Of a stretch of DNA of 62,088 nt, positions 60,599-62,088 are shown piece by piece. The stretch is taken from contig JBFLGF010000123.1 of assembly GCA_050230475.1 (NCBI GenBank), positions 1 to 62,088 on the forward strand, in the 5' to 3' direction. The notes below the pieces were generated by a model. It was given only the letters and a program-made list of their open reading frames with translations. It had not been told where the DNA came from and did no database searches. Source of the stretch: Ancylonema sp. (taxonomy: Eukaryota). The translations under genes and the position numbers were made by a program. How positions within the stretch are numbered: position 1 is the stretch's first letter; each line of letters starts with the position of its first letter.

Positions 60599-62088
60599 AT
60601 GGCTGCCTGTAGCCGCTCCAGTTTCTGCTCCCTATCTGCATGCCGATCATTCTCCGCCCCCACATGTCGGCTAACACAGCAGCAGTGGAAGCTAGCTGCA
60701 CGAGACGGATGTTGTGTTAATCAGGCTCGCAGGAAGCACGGTCTGCCGAGGTGGATAAATTCTTGTGTTCGTGCAAACTCGCGGCCGTCATGTGCAGCCG
60801 CTGAGCCGCAAAACGGATCGCACGCTACGACAAAGTTTCTATTGTCGCTGTCTTCCGTGGTGATAGACAGCATCATCCATTTGTCGGAGATGACTGGTTC
60901 TGTACGGAGCACGGCTATGAAGCAGGCGATTAGCTTCTTACTGCTTATGACCTTGACATTTTTCCAAGTGAACCCCTCTCTGGCGCTTGTCGAACTTGGA
61001 GACGCTCAAAAGGCGGAGTTGATCAAGGCGCAGGACGCCTACATTCGAGCAACAGCTCGCGAGGACCTTTCTCTCGAAGACGACGCGCTGCTGGAAGCCA
61101 GTCCCGAGCCGGAGCAAGTAGCTTTCCTTGAACGACTAGTTATATTCCTTTTATGCATCGTGCATGGTGCACATGATGTTCTACACTATGCAATGTCTGT
61201 ACGAAGACAGGACGTGCCTTCCACGGTCACTTCGTCCCTACATTCTAATATAATGAAAGAGCTGGACAACGAACGCGACGAATGCACATTAGCACTCACC
61301 AAAAGCTCCTCTGGACAGGGCAGTAACCAACTCTCGGTGTGCTTGTGCAATGTGCGCCCTGTTTCATCAGGTCCACGTCGGCATGGCCGGCCCAAACAAG
61401 GTTCAGGTCACGTGGGTGACCAGCGACCCTTCTGCCACCTCCCGTGTTCAGTTCGGGACCAAACCCGGGGTCTATGACCAGGAAGCAGAAGGCTCCAGCG
61501 AGACCTACACCTACCTTCTCTACAGGTCACTCTCTATGCCCTCAACTGTATGTGGCTGCCACTTGGCGATGTACACTCACACCTTTATATAAGAAACTCA
61601 CAAAATTCGTAAAGAGTTCGTCTCTTAATCGTTTTTTACAGCGAATGTTTCTAACATGTATCGCATTTTGTGTGTAAAGAGGCCAAAAAAAAATGTAAGA
61701 TAGTTTCTTATAGCAAAAAGTTTCTTTTAACGAAGTTTCTTATATCGAAGTTTGAGTGTAACGTGATTTGTGTTTAACGTGATTTTCTGAAGAGGAGGAT
61801 AATAAGCACTGAAAATGGAGGTTGAACAACCACTGCGGAACATCCACCATACTTTTTCCACATTTTTTTTCAGACAGCCATACTCACCTCTATCAACCAC
61901 AAATTGAGCACCGTGACATCAGGAAAACGGGCACATAAGCAGACCAGATTCTCATTTTCTTTATCCCTGTACCCCCTCCAGGAAGCTGACCACCCCCCCC
62001 CTCCCCCTGTCAGGCGACCTCGGCCAGACGGGTTGGTCTGTTTCCACTCTAGAGCACCTGGAGCAGAACCCGCACGACCTCGTCATCA
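60599..62088 (+). CDS. PAP: Purple acid phosphatase, 5' part (runs off window)
   Basis: Exons 60599 (or 60917)-61117, 61371-61525, 62014->62088. Motifs PEQ|VHV, VTWVT, VQFG..PG.Y, GDLGQTGWS.STLEH. The expected intervening exon was not found. Confidence 0.85.
61572..61760. mobile_element. MITE family D in PAP intron
   Basis: TIR tacactcacacctttatataagaaact / agtttcttatatcgaagtttgagtgta. Confidence 0.8.

Overview
This is eukaryotic, intron-rich green-lineage nuclear DNA (standard code, GT-AG introns), most likely from a streptophyte alga; the taxon is inference. I reconstructed ten spliced genes by eye. They encode a giant filamin/Ig-repeat protein (-), an Arc1/AIMP-like aminoacyl-tRNA-synthetase cofactor (+), a Mu-class-like GST (-), a plastid Rieske-fold ferredoxin-like protein (+), a type-A response regulator (-), homoserine kinase (-), PII/GLB1 (+), a pseudogenised expansin-B/Pro-rich/CBM49 fusion (+), an intron-containing tRNA-Gly(GCC) (+) and the 5' part of a purple acid phosphatase (+). 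Mobile DNA comprises a Ty1/copia deletion derivative (two LTRs, PBS, PPT, 5-bp TSD), non-autonomous hAT elements, many TA-flanked Tc1/mariner-type MITEs (some nested) and a 2.9-kb insertion with a 12-bp direct repeat. The four most striking observations: (1) a degenerate 10-bp palindrome G[AC]CA[CG][CG]TG[GT]C is iterated throughout genic DNA; (2) the head-to-head HSK and PII genes share a homologous, inverted-duplicated transit-peptide exon; (3) the expansin is fused to a probable CBM49 cellulose-binding module; (4) the Rieske-fold protein has CxxC/CxxC in place of CxH/CxxH. All coordinates and counts were made manually and need computational confirmation.
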